A DNA stretch of 16,266 bases, from assembly GCA_050115495.1 (NCBI GenBank), contig JASFQK010000064.1, positions 1-16,266 of the forward strand, written 5' to 3'. The position numbers and the translations under genes are program-made. The notes under the pieces were generated by a model, which had not been told where the DNA came from, did not search any database, and saw only the letters and a list, made by a program, of their open reading frames with translations. This stretch comes from Phycisphaerae bacterium (GTDB lineage: Bacteria > Planctomycetota > Phycisphaerae > UBA1845 > Fen-1342). Shown here piece after piece: positions 1 through 6,860 of this stretch (within the stretch, counting starts at the first letter, position 1; every line of letters begins with the position of its first letter).

Positions 1-90
1 CGGACGCTGAATGGCGCGAAGCTTCTGCCGGACGTGATCGCCAGCGTCCGCTTCATCGACGGAGAAAAACCCGAGAAAGCCGCCGCCTGA
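1..90 (+). CDS. IS256-family transposase, C-terminal 29 aa (partial)
   Basis: Manual translation; stop TGA at 88-90; C-terminal motif recognised from family knowledge. Confidence 0.75.
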   Translation, partial: RTLNGAKLLPDVIASVRFIDGEKPEKAAA

Positions 91-124
91 TCACGACGCC
101 ATCAACGACTTTTGACAATAGCTC
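1..124 (+). mobile_element. Right end of an IS256-family insertion sequence (partial, runs off window)
   Basis: Frame 1 (1-90) reads RTLNGAKLLPDVIASVRFIDGEKPEKAAA*, resembling the C-terminal 'RLNG..LL..VI.GV.F.DG..AA' tail of IS256-type DDE transposases. It is followed by ...ACTTTTGACAATAGCTC ending at 124, an IS256-like terminal IR. The neighbouring minus-strand gene loses its hydrophobic character at this point. Confidence 0.8.
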
Positions 125-355
125 CACGAGTGTTGCACCGACGCACAGCGTGAACAGCACCCAAGCCGAGATAATGAGCGCCGGGCGCTGGAGCGGGCCA
201 CTCCCAATGATGTTTTGGATGAATGTTACTGAGAGCGCCAGCGCGCCCCCACTGAGCGTCAAGACATACTTGTCGTAGCTCTTCGCGTAATCCTGCTCCC
301 CGTCGATGAGCTTACTGCGTTCCTCTCGGTAGGCGCGTTCCCACTCATACGACAT
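125..355 (-). pseudogene. Small membrane protein (hypothetical), 5' part, interrupted by the IS
   Basis: GGAGA RBS, then ATG at 355: MSYEWERAYREERSKLIDGEQDYAKSYDKYVLTLSGGALALSVTFIQNIIG...LIISAWVLFTLCVGATLV, with two TM-like segments. The reading frame then runs into the IS inverted repeat (ELLSK = GAGCTATTGTCAAAA). Confidence 0.75.
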
Positions 356-368
356 CGATGGATTCTCC

Positions 369-439
369 GTCGGCGCGGGGTGAGACGAGTGCGTTCGTCT
401 ATACCCCACGAGTGCGCCGTGGCGCACTCGTCGGCCGAC
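369..439 (-). other. Predicted three-way-junction RNA structure in the intergenic spacer
   Basis: Closing stem GTCGGC (369-374)/GCCGAC (434-439) encloses two abutting hairpins: GGGGT-GAGACGA...TCGTCT-AT-ACCCC (377-407) and the perfect IR ACGAGTGCGCC-GT-GGCGCACTCGT (408-431). Confidence 0.55.
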
Positions 440-458
440 ATCAGCTTGCTCTGGGTGT

Positions 459-599
459 TCAGCCGACCTTGGTATACTCGGTTCCGTTGCACTTCGGGCA
501 GGGCGGTAGAGTGTCTGACTGGTCGTCGAGCCTGACGATTGTGCCACACTTCTTGCAGCGATATGTTCCCTTGCCCGGCTTCTCTCCTGTGGTTGGCAT
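459..599 (-). CDS. 46-aa zinc-ribbon protein (CxxC...CPxC), not in ORF track
   Basis: Manual translation MPTTGEKPGKGTYRCKKCGTIVRLDDQSDTLPPCPKCNGTEYTKVG*; RBS AGGAG upstream; 'TGE.PG.G.Y.C..CG...LPPCPKC' pattern as in DUF1451-like zinc ribbons. Confidence 0.9.
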   Translation of the reverse strand: MPTTGEKPGKGTYRCKKCGTIVRLDDQSDTLPPCPKCNGTEYTKVG

Positions 600-997
600 A
601 ACATGAATCTCCTGTGCGCGGATTTGTCCTTCCACGGTTCAACCCGCGCAGGATGAACCGGGATCCGAACAGCAACTGACCACCCCACAAGCGCCTGCAC
701 GGCGCAGGCACTCAGGATGCTGCTCCCCGCGTTGCACAGGGCATGCCAATCGCTGCTCTTGATTCGGTGATTTGGGGCAAACGTTGCTGTTGCAGGGGTT
801 TACGTTCTGTCGAGGGCTACTATATGTAGCATGAATAACCGACGTGTTCCACAATAGGCTGCTGTCATTCTGACACGTACCTCGCTCAGACTGGCATGCC
901 GTCGGTTGTTGCTGTGCGCAGGGCCCTTGGCTGCCACTCGTTCGGATCGTCGCCACGCCGGTCCTTGATGGCGAGGATTGGCGTCTCTGGCATTCGA

Positions 998-1023
998 CGG
1001 CCGACACGGAGGTCGGCCGCTAC
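998..1023 (-). repeat. GTAG-type REP-like hairpin, copy 1
   Basis: Minus strand GTAG-CGGCCGAC-CTCCGT-GTCGGCCG: tetranucleotide plus 8-bp stem and 6-nt loop. Confidence 0.8.
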
Positions 1024-1060
1024 CGAACACGTCCGGACGCGGTGGCGCCCTGGGTGGTTC

Positions 1061-1148
1061 CGCCGCCCGCTTCGCGGGCTTGGGGGAAGGGGGCGGCGCG
1101 TCCCCGGGTTTCACCCGGGGCTGGAGTCCGTCGCCCGCTGCGCGGACT
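1061..1148. repeat. Composite palindromic repeat (REP-like)
   Basis: Direct repeats CGCCGCCCGCTTCGCGGGCT (1061-1080) and CGTCGCCCGCTGCGCGGACT (1129-1148) flank the hairpin CCCCGGG-TTTCA-CCCGGGG (1102-1120). Confidence 0.7.
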
Positions 1149-1156
1149 GGAAGAAG

Positions 1157-1202
1157 GGAGTCAGAAGTCAGGGGTCAGAAGCCAGGAGCCAGAAGTCAGA
1201 AG
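1157..1202. repeat. Heptamer tandem repeat G(A/G)AG(T/C)CA x6 (STRR-like)
   Basis: GGAGTCA GAAGTCA GGGGTCA GAAGCCA GGAGCCA GAAGTCA GAAG. Confidence 0.9.
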
Positions 1203-1257
1203 ATGGCGGGGCGGGAGCGGGGAGGGGGCCGTGGGGTTGCGCCGCGGCGGAGGGGAA

Positions 1258-1280
1258 CACAGGCCATTGGCCTATGCCAC
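1258..1280 (-). repeat. GTGG-type REP-like hairpin
   Basis: Minus strand GTGG-CATAGGCC-AAT-GGCCTGTG. Confidence 0.6.
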
Positions 1281-1362
1281 ACCAGCGGCCACGCGGCGAT
1301 GCGAGAGATCAGGCGGGTTCCGCGGCGAAGAGACAGTGGCGGGCGGGGCGGGGTTGTGCCGG

Positions 1363-1389
1363 CACTGGTGGGCAAGCCACCAGTGGCAC
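1363..1389 (-). repeat. GTGC-type REP-like hairpin
   Basis: Minus strand GTGC-CACTGGTGG-CTTGC-CCACCAGTG, a perfect 9-bp stem. Confidence 0.65.
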
Positions 1390-1431
1390 GCGGCGTGGCG
1401 CGCACCGCGTCGGGCGTCGTTTGGTGATCGA

Positions 1432-1545
1432 CGTCCGACACGGAGGTCGGACGCTACGAAGACGTCGGCGATGCGGGCAGTGTTTGGCATTCGACGTCGG
1501 CCACGGGGGGCCGACGCTACGGCCGGCACGGAGACCGGCCGCTAC
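1432..1545 (-). repeat. Three GTAG-type REP-like hairpins (1432-1457, 1495-1520, 1520-1545) just downstream of aroF
   Basis: Each is an 8-bp stem, an ACGG(A/G)G loop and CTAC on the + strand; stems differ by compensatory changes. Confidence 0.8.
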
Positions 1546-1579
1546 GGGGCGGTGGGGGCGTTGGCCGGTCGGCACCTTC

Positions 1580-2593
1580 TCAGAGGATCGGTGTGCCGAC
1601 GGCGGTGGCGATGGGTTTCAGGGCGGCGTACATCTTTTCGAAGGTGGCGAAGTCCAGGGATTGTGCGCCGTCGGATAGAGCGTGTGACGGCTGGGGGTGG
1701 ACTTCGAGCAAGAGGCCGTCCGCGCCGGCGGCGAGGGCCGCCAGACACATCGACGGGACGTACTCTGCCTTACCCGTCCCGTGGCTCGGGTCAATGATGA
1801 TCGGCAGGTGCGAGAGGTGCTTGACCACCGGGATCGCCGACAGGTCCAGCGTGTTGCGCGTTACGTCGGCGAAGGTCCGCACGCCGCGCTCGCACAGGAT
1901 GACTCGCCGGTTGCCGCCACTGACGAGGTACTCGGCGGCCATGAGCCACTCTTCGAGCGTCGCCGCCATGCCCCGCTTCAGCAGGACGGGCTTGTCCACC
2001 TTGGAGACCCGGCGGAGCAGGGCGTAGTTCTGCATGTTGCGCGTGCCGATCTGGAGGACGTCGGCGACGTCGGCGACGCGTTCGACGTTCTCGACGTCGA
2101 GGACCTCGGTGACGATGCCGAGGCCGGTCCGCTCACGAGCCTTGGCGAGCAGACGCAGACCCTCCGGCCCGAGGCCCTGGAAGGCGTACGGGCTGGTCCG
2201 CGGTTTGTACGCTCCACCGCGCAATAAATGCACGCCCTGGCCGCGGAGGTACTCGGCCGTTTCGAGGAGCATGCTCTCGTTCTCGACGGAGCAGGGGCCG
2301 GCGATGACCGTGAAGCCGTTGCCGAAGCGGGTCTGGCCGACGGGGAAGACCGTGGGCTCGGGGTGGGTCTCGCGGGAGACGAGTTTATAGGGCGATGTGA
2401 CGCGGATCACATCTTCGACGCCGGGGAGAACGACCAGGGCGTCGCGGCCCTCTGGCCCGCGGTTGCCGGTGATGCCGACGGCGGTCCGGGAGGCGCCGGG
2501 GATGACGTGCGGCGTGTAGCCGAGCTCGCGGATGCGTTGGGCGACGGCTTCGACGTCCGCCGCGGTGGCGTTGGCCTTCATGACGACCAGCAT
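1580..2593 (-). CDS. aroF: 3-deoxy-7-phosphoheptulonate (DAHP) synthase, type I-beta with N-terminal ACT-like regulatory domain, 337 aa
   Basis: Motifs IAGPCSVE, RGGAYKPRTSPYAFQGLG, LQIGTRNMQN, LLKRG, ILCERG, DPSHGTG, EVHP..ALSDG. Start set at MLVVMK (2593) with GGAG RBS. Confidence 0.96.
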   Translation of the reverse strand: MLVVMKANATAADVEAVAQRIRELGYTPHVIPGASRTAVGITGNRGPEGRDALVVLPGVEDVIRVTSPYKLVSRETHPEPTVFPVGQTRFGNGFTVIAGPCSVENESMLLETAEYLRGQGVHLLRGGAYKPRTSPYAFQGLGPEGLRLLAKARERTGLGIVTEVLDVENVERVADVADVLQIGTRNMQNYALLRRVSKVDKPVLLKRGMAATLEEWLMAAEYLVSGGNRRVILCERGVRTFADVTRNTLDLSAIPVVKHLSHLPIIIDPSHGTGKAEYVPSMCLAALAAGADGLLLEVHPQPSHALSDGAQSLDFATFEKMYAALKPIATAVGTPIL

Positions 2594-2854
2594 GGCGCAC
2601 TCCAGTCGGGCGTATGTTTGCTCTATCGATCGGCGACGGCCGCTGCCTGGGGGCAGGGCCACGAGGATGATAGGATTGGGCGGGGCTTACTGCGAGGGCT
2701 GAGGGTGGGGAATACGCGTCAGGCGGCGTGGACGGGAGCGGTCGCTGCCGCGGCGGGCGGGGCGAGCAGCCGAGGCGTACCCGAGCTTCGCGGCGGCGGG
2801 GGTTGAGTTCTGTAGGTCTAGCGCCAGAAATTGGTTATGGGAGTATTTCGAGGT

Positions 2855-2883
2855 TTGAGCGGCAGCCGGCCGATGACTATGAT
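2855..2883 (+). promoter_or_regulatory. Putative sigma70 promoter for the 2925 gene
   Basis: TTGAGC-17 bp-TATGAT, ending 41 bp upstream of the ATG. Confidence 0.5.
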
Positions 2884-2924
2884 AGTAAGTCGACTTTCGT
2901 TGATGCTCGGGGACGGAGTGGCCA

Positions 2925-4013
2925 ATGGCTCGACGGCTGTGGCTGGTTATAGGCGGAGTGTTTGCCTGGACTCTCGCCCCGGTGGCGGTGGCACAGACAG
3001 GTGCGGGCGTCGGCTACAGCCGACCGTCCGACCGCGGGCCGTCGAGCCAGTTGGGCAGGGTTGGGGGACGCTACACGACGGGTGACGTGGCGGGGCCGGC
3101 TGCGCCGGTCCAGGTCGTCGGTCCCAGCCGGGCGTTGGGGCTGCCCTCCAGGACGCAGTGGGGCGCGCGGTACGCGCCGGCAGCCATGCGTCTGGGGCCG
3201 TTGCCCAGCACGTATCGCGGCTCACTCCTGCCGACGGCGGGGACGATCTCGGGTTGGCAGATTCAGTCGGCGTCGGGATACCAGCGCGCGATCAGCGTGG
3301 AGACCCCGCTGTACGGCTGGGGCGGGATGAACATGCTGCGCGTGACCACGACGCCGCTACGCGTGCCCCTTCCCGAGGGATCGCCTTTCCACCGGGCGCT
3401 CGGGCTCAAGCCCACGAAGGATCAGCCGCCGGCGGAAGAGCCCGTGGTCTTCGACGAGGTGTGGAAGACGGTGCAGCGGGGGACGGATCGGCGCGTGAAC
3501 GGCCGCATGGATGAGGCGCTGAGCCTGTTGCGCGAGCTGACCGCGAAGCCGATGGATCCCAAGGAGTACCTCAAAAAGGCGGACGAAGCGTTCCGCCTGT
3601 TTCGCTACGTACGCAAGCTCGACAAAACGGACAGCCTGTCGTGCCTCCTGGGGGCCCACCTGGCGCTGGAGCGCGAGCAGTATCGATCCGCCGTGAACGA
3701 CCTGGTGGCTGCCGCCATGCGTGAGCCGGAAACGTTCCGCGACGGGCCGGAGCTGGCCTCGTACTTCGGGGACTACGACGAGCAGACGGGGCGTTCGGCC
3801 CGCTTCGAGAGCCAGATGCGAGCTTTGCTCCAGGCGGTCATCCAAGGGCACGGGCCGGATTTCTCCGTCCTCGAGGCATACTGCGCCCTGGAGCTGGGAG
3901 ATACGCGGCGGGCGGGTGAAGCGCTCGACCGTGCGGAGGAGCAGTTGAAGCAGGGTACCGCCGCTGCCCCTGAACTGAGTGCACTCGTGAACGCCTTGCG
4001 CTACGCCCTGTAA
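2925..4013 (+). CDS. Secreted hypothetical protein: signal peptide, Gly/Pro-rich N-half, TPR-like helical C-half
   Basis: MARRLWLVIGGVFAWTLAPVAVA-Q signal peptide; GGAG RBS; helical repeats (LLGAHLALEREQYRSA, LEAYCALELGDTRRAGEALDRA). Confidence 0.75.
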   Translation: MARRLWLVIGGVFAWTLAPVAVAQTGAGVGYSRPSDRGPSSQLGRVGGRYTTGDVAGPAAPVQVVGPSRALGLPSRTQWGARYAPAAMRLGPLPSTYRGSLLPTAGTISGWQIQSASGYQRAISVETPLYGWGGMNMLRVTTTPLRVPLPEGSPFHRALGLKPTKDQPPAEEPVVFDEVWKTVQRGTDRRVNGRMDEALSLLRELTAKPMDPKEYLKKADEAFRLFRYVRKLDKTDSLSCLLGAHLALEREQYRSAVNDLVAAAMREPETFRDGPELASYFGDYDEQTGRSARFESQMRALLQAVIQGHGPDFSVLEAYCALELGDTRRAGEALDRAEEQLKQGTAAAPELSALVNALRYAL

Positions 4014-4099
4014 CAGCTCCCCGGGTTGGGAGCGGATTCGAGCGAGCCGGGCTCATAACCGATGATCTCTACTGAGCGGCAATTCGGACAACGGCAGGC

Positions 4100-6061
4100 A
4101 TGATTCGAGAGGATTCGACAACCGCGACGGACACGTGGCTCGCTGGAGGCCGTACGCGCCGCCGGGTCATGAGCATTCTGGCGCACGCCGGCCTGTTCGC
4201 GGTGTCCTGGCTGCTGGCCTTCGGCCTGGCGTACAACTTCAAGCACTACGACGAGTGGTTCGTGCCGTTCTTTCTGGCGCTGCTGCCGGTGGTGCTGGTC
4301 GTCAAGGTCACGGTGTTCGTGGCGCTGGGGATGCATCGGGCGTGGTGGCGCTACGTCAGCCTGCGCGATGTGTTCAGCATCGGCCGGGCCTCGTGGATCG
4401 GCTTCTTCGTCGTTTTCGTCATCTACTACGCGTTGCAGAACGTCGACTGGATCGGCATTCCCGCCGAGCCGTTCGACGGTGACCGTTTCCCCGATTCGGT
4501 CTTCATCCTGGATTTCGCCGGGACGACCGCCCTCGTCTGCGGGGCACGCTTCGCGGTGCGGCTGTACCACGAAGAGGTGCGGCCGGCGGTGGACGGACTG
4601 GCCCCGAAGCTGCTGATCCTGGGAGCGGGCGACGCGGCGGAAAACGCGGTCCGCGAGATTATCCGCCGGCCGACGCTTAGCTATCGCGTCGTCGGTTTCC
4701 TTGACGACGATCACGCCAAGCACGGCGCCCAGATTCACGGCATCGAGGTTCTCGGGCCGGTCTCGCGCGTGCGCCAGGTTTGCGCTGAGTACGCGGTCGA
4801 CCAGATTCTCATTGCCATCCCGTCGGCGACGCAGGCGCAAATGCGGCGCGTGGTCGAGCTGTGCCAGGGAACCGACCTGCGTTTCAAGACGCTGCCGGCC
4901 ATGGAGGACCTCATCTCCGGACGGGCCACCGTCAGCGAGATTCGCGACGTCGATATCGACGACCTGCTCGGTCGCGACCCGGTCCGGCTCGACGAGCAGC
5001 AGATCGGCCTGTTCCTCGAAGACCGCGTCGTCATGGTCACCGGGGCCGGCGGATCGATCGGCTCGGAAATGTGCCGGCAGATTGCGCGTTTCAAGCCGCG
5101 GCGGCTCGTTCTTGTGGAGCAGGCCGAACAGCACCTGTTCGAAATCGATCGCGAGTTGACGCGGGCCTTTCCCGGCCTGGCGCACGTGCCGTACATCGCC
5201 GACATCTGCGACGCCGGCCGGATGCAGCGCATCTTCGACCACGAGCGGCCGAGCGCGGTGTTCCACGCGGCCGCCCACAAGCACGTGCCCATGATGGAGG
5301 TCAACCCGGGCGAGGCGATCAAGAACAACATCCTCGGCACGCGCACCGTGGCTGACACCGCGTCCCGCGCGGGCTGCGAGCGCTTCGTCATGATCTCGAC
5401 CGACAAGGCGGTCAACCCCACGAGCATCATGGGTTGCTCGAAGCGTGTCGCGGAGATGTACATCCAGGGTCTGAACGAGCGCTCCGACACCGACTTCGTC
5501 ACCGTTCGCTTCGGCAACGTCCTCGGCAGCAGCGGCAGCGTCATTCCCATCTTCCGCGAGCAGATCGCCCGCGGCGGGCCCGTCACCGTCACGCATCCCG
5601 ACATGGTGCGGTACTTCATGACCATCCCGGAAGCGGCCCAGCTCGTGCTCCAGGCGGCGGCCATGTCCACCGGCGGAAGCGTCTTCGTCCTCGACATGGG
5701 CGAGCCGGTCAAGATCGTCGATCTCGCCCGCCAGATGATCACGCTCTCGGGCTTCCGCCCGGAAGAGGACATCAAGATCGAGTACGTGGGTGTGCGACCC
5801 GGCGAGAAGCTCTACGAGGAGCTGATGATCGAGGGTGAGGGCGTCTCGCGGACGCATCACCCGAAGATCGGCATCTGGAATTCGCTGCCGGTCGACTGGG
5901 ACCCGCTGGTTGGCATGATCGATACGCTGGTGGAGTCGGCGGACGGGCTGTCGCGCGATACAGTGCGGAGTCGTCTGCGCGAGATCGTGCCCGAGTTCAC
6001 CGCCGGCAACGGCGAGGTGGCGCCGCACGTCGTGCCGGCCAGCAAGCTCGCGGCCAGTTGA
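4100..6061 (+). CDS. Membrane-bound UDP-GlcNAc 4,6-dehydratase-type polysaccharide biosynthesis protein (CapD/WbpM/PglF family)
   Basis: Four N-terminal TM segments, LILGAGDAA domain, TGAGGSIGSE, FHAAAHKHVP, ISTDKAVNPTSIMGCSKR, VRFGNVLGSSGSV, RPGEKLYEEL. Alternative start at 4169. Confidence 0.95.
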   Translation: MIREDSTTATDTWLAGGRTRRRVMSILAHAGLFAVSWLLAFGLAYNFKHYDEWFVPFFLALLPVVLVVKVTVFVALGMHRAWWRYVSLRDVFSIGRASWIGFFVVFVIYYALQNVDWIGIPAEPFDGDRFPDSVFILDFAGTTALVCGARFAVRLYHEEVRPAVDGLAPKLLILGAGDAAENAVREIIRRPTLSYRVVGFLDDDHAKHGAQIHGIEVLGPVSRVRQVCAEYAVDQILIAIPSATQAQMRRVVELCQGTDLRFKTLPAMEDLISGRATVSEIRDVDIDDLLGRDPVRLDEQQIGLFLEDRVVMVTGAGGSIGSEMCRQIARFKPRRLVLVEQAEQHLFEIDRELTRAFPGLAHVPYIADICDAGRMQRIFDHERPSAVFHAAAHKHVPMMEVNPGEAIKNNILGTRTVADTASRAGCERFVMISTDKAVNPTSIMGCSKRVAEMYIQGLNERSDTDFVTVRFGNVLGSSGSVIPIFREQIARGGPVTVTHPDMVRYFMTIPEAAQLVLQAAAMSTGGSVFVLDMGEPVKIVDLARQMITLSGFRPEEDIKIEYVGVRPGEKLYEELMIEGEGVSRTHHPKIGIWNSLPVDWDPLVGMIDTLVESADGLSRDTVRSRLREIVPEFTAGNGEVAPHVVPASKLAAS

Positions 6062-6135
6062 TTCATCACGCATAGCATTCGCGTATCGCATCGGTTGGTC
6101 GCGGCGTTCGGGCGCCGGGCCGGACGCGTTCGGGG

Positions 6136-6177
6136 AGCCGTCAGCCATCAGCCGTCAGCTACAAGCCGTGAGCCTTG
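6136..6177. repeat. Heptamer tandem repeat AGCCRTS-like x6 (related units again at 6287-6313)
   Basis: AGCCGTC AGCCATC AGCCGTC AGCTACA AGCCGTG AGCCTTG. Confidence 0.85.
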
Positions 6178-6187
6178 ACGCCGGAAT

Positions 6188-6270
6188 GTGGCATGCCGAA
6201 GCTCTCAGGCGCCGGCATGTCTTCTCCTCGCGTCAGGGACAACACGCCCGCGCTGCGCGGGGCGGGCCAC
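6188..6270. repeat. Inverted pair of GTGG-type REP-like hairpins (REPIN-like) between convergent genes
   Basis: + strand GTGG-CATGCCG...CGGCATG (6188-6219); - strand GTGG-CCCGCCC...GGGCGTG (6243-6270). Confidence 0.55.
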
Positions 6271-6283
6271 ACGGCCGCCAGTC

Positions 6284-6598
6284 TCAGGCCGTGAGCCGTG
6301 AGCCTGGAGTTGGAGGCAGCGCTGCGGCGACGGTGCGGTCGACGACGGTGAGGTCGGTTTCGGCCAGGCCGCAGACGGAGGCGAGGGCGCGGAGCTGGGC
6401 GCGGCGGAGCGCCTGGGGATCGAGGCGGCAGACCTGGCCGAGCACGTAGGCCCGGCAGAGGTTGACGTGGTAGAGCGGCTGGCCGTGCGGGGCGGCGACG
6501 CGGAGCAGGTCCTTCTGCTGTCGCAGCCAGGAGGGTGAGCGGCGGAACCAGCGGGCGGCTTCGTGGGGGGTCATCAATTCCTGGGCATTGGGCGTCAT
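6284..6598 (-). CDS. Small helix-turn-helix protein (excisionase/MerR-like, HTH_17-type)
   Basis: ELMTPHEAARWFRRSPSWLRQ...GQPLY resembles a MerR-like winged HTH; GGAG RBS and near-consensus promoter upstream. Confidence 0.7.
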   Translation of the reverse strand: MTPNAQELMTPHEAARWFRRSPSWLRQQKDLLRVAAPHGQPLYHVNLCRAYVLGQVCRLDPQALRRAQLRALASVCGLAETDLTVVDRTVAAALPPTPGSRLTA

Positions 6599-6645
6599 GG
6601 TTGGCGATCTCCGCTATCCAGGCAGGAGGCAGCGCGTCCGGGAAC

Positions 6646-6674
6646 AGCATAGGCGCTATCGGCAAGGAAGTCAA
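6646..6674 (-). promoter_or_regulatory. sigma70 promoter of the HTH gene
   Basis: Minus strand TTGACT-17 bp-TATGCT. Confidence 0.7.
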
Positions 6675-6777
6675 GAAAATCTAGACATCCTGGGTCCCGG
6701 CCACCCGGCAGCGGCCGCTTCGCGACGGCCGTGTCGCGGCACACCACAATTCCCGACGACGTCCAGCCAGAAAAGCG

Positions 6778-6807
6778 TTGACCCGGAGCGACCCGGGCCG
6801 CTACGCT
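6778..6807 (+). promoter_or_regulatory. Putative sigma70 promoter of the TPR-BNR-dockerin gene
   Basis: TTGACC-18 bp-TACGCT. Confidence 0.5.
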
Positions 6808-6860
6808 GGCTGGAGTACAGCGGCGAACACATCACCCGCGGCCCCTCGGAGAAACGCATC

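Noticed and set aside
360..458. Hammerhead ribozyme or integron attC site
   Set aside because: CUGAUGU is present but not CUGANGA with a GAAA core; no RYYYAAC/GTTRRRY ends.
53..711. ORFs 53..700 and 259..711 as given
   Set aside because: The first fuses non-coding DNA, the real gene (start 355) and IS sequence; the second is an off-frame reading over the Zn-ribbon gene.
887..993. 35-aa minus-strand ORF MPETPILAIKDRRGDDPNEWQPRALRTATTDGMPV
   Set aside because: Start lies in the REP flank, with no RBS or recognisable family; could be a gene remnant but is unsupported.
988..1545. CRISPR array interpretation of the repeated palindromes
   Set aside because: Spacing is irregular (from overlapping to over 400 bp), repeat sequences vary by covariation, another copy lies 11 kb away, and there are no cas genes; REP-like fits better.
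896..1797. ORFs 896..1678, 978..1427, 1042..1797 and minus-strand overlaps
   Set aside because: Arg/Gly/Pro-rich translations of repeat DNA with no motifs; expected by chance at high GC.
2594..2800. Attenuator/leader peptide for aroF (likewise trpF)
   Set aside because: No short Phe/Tyr/Trp-rich ORF or terminator with U-tract seen; trpF has only 49 bp upstream.
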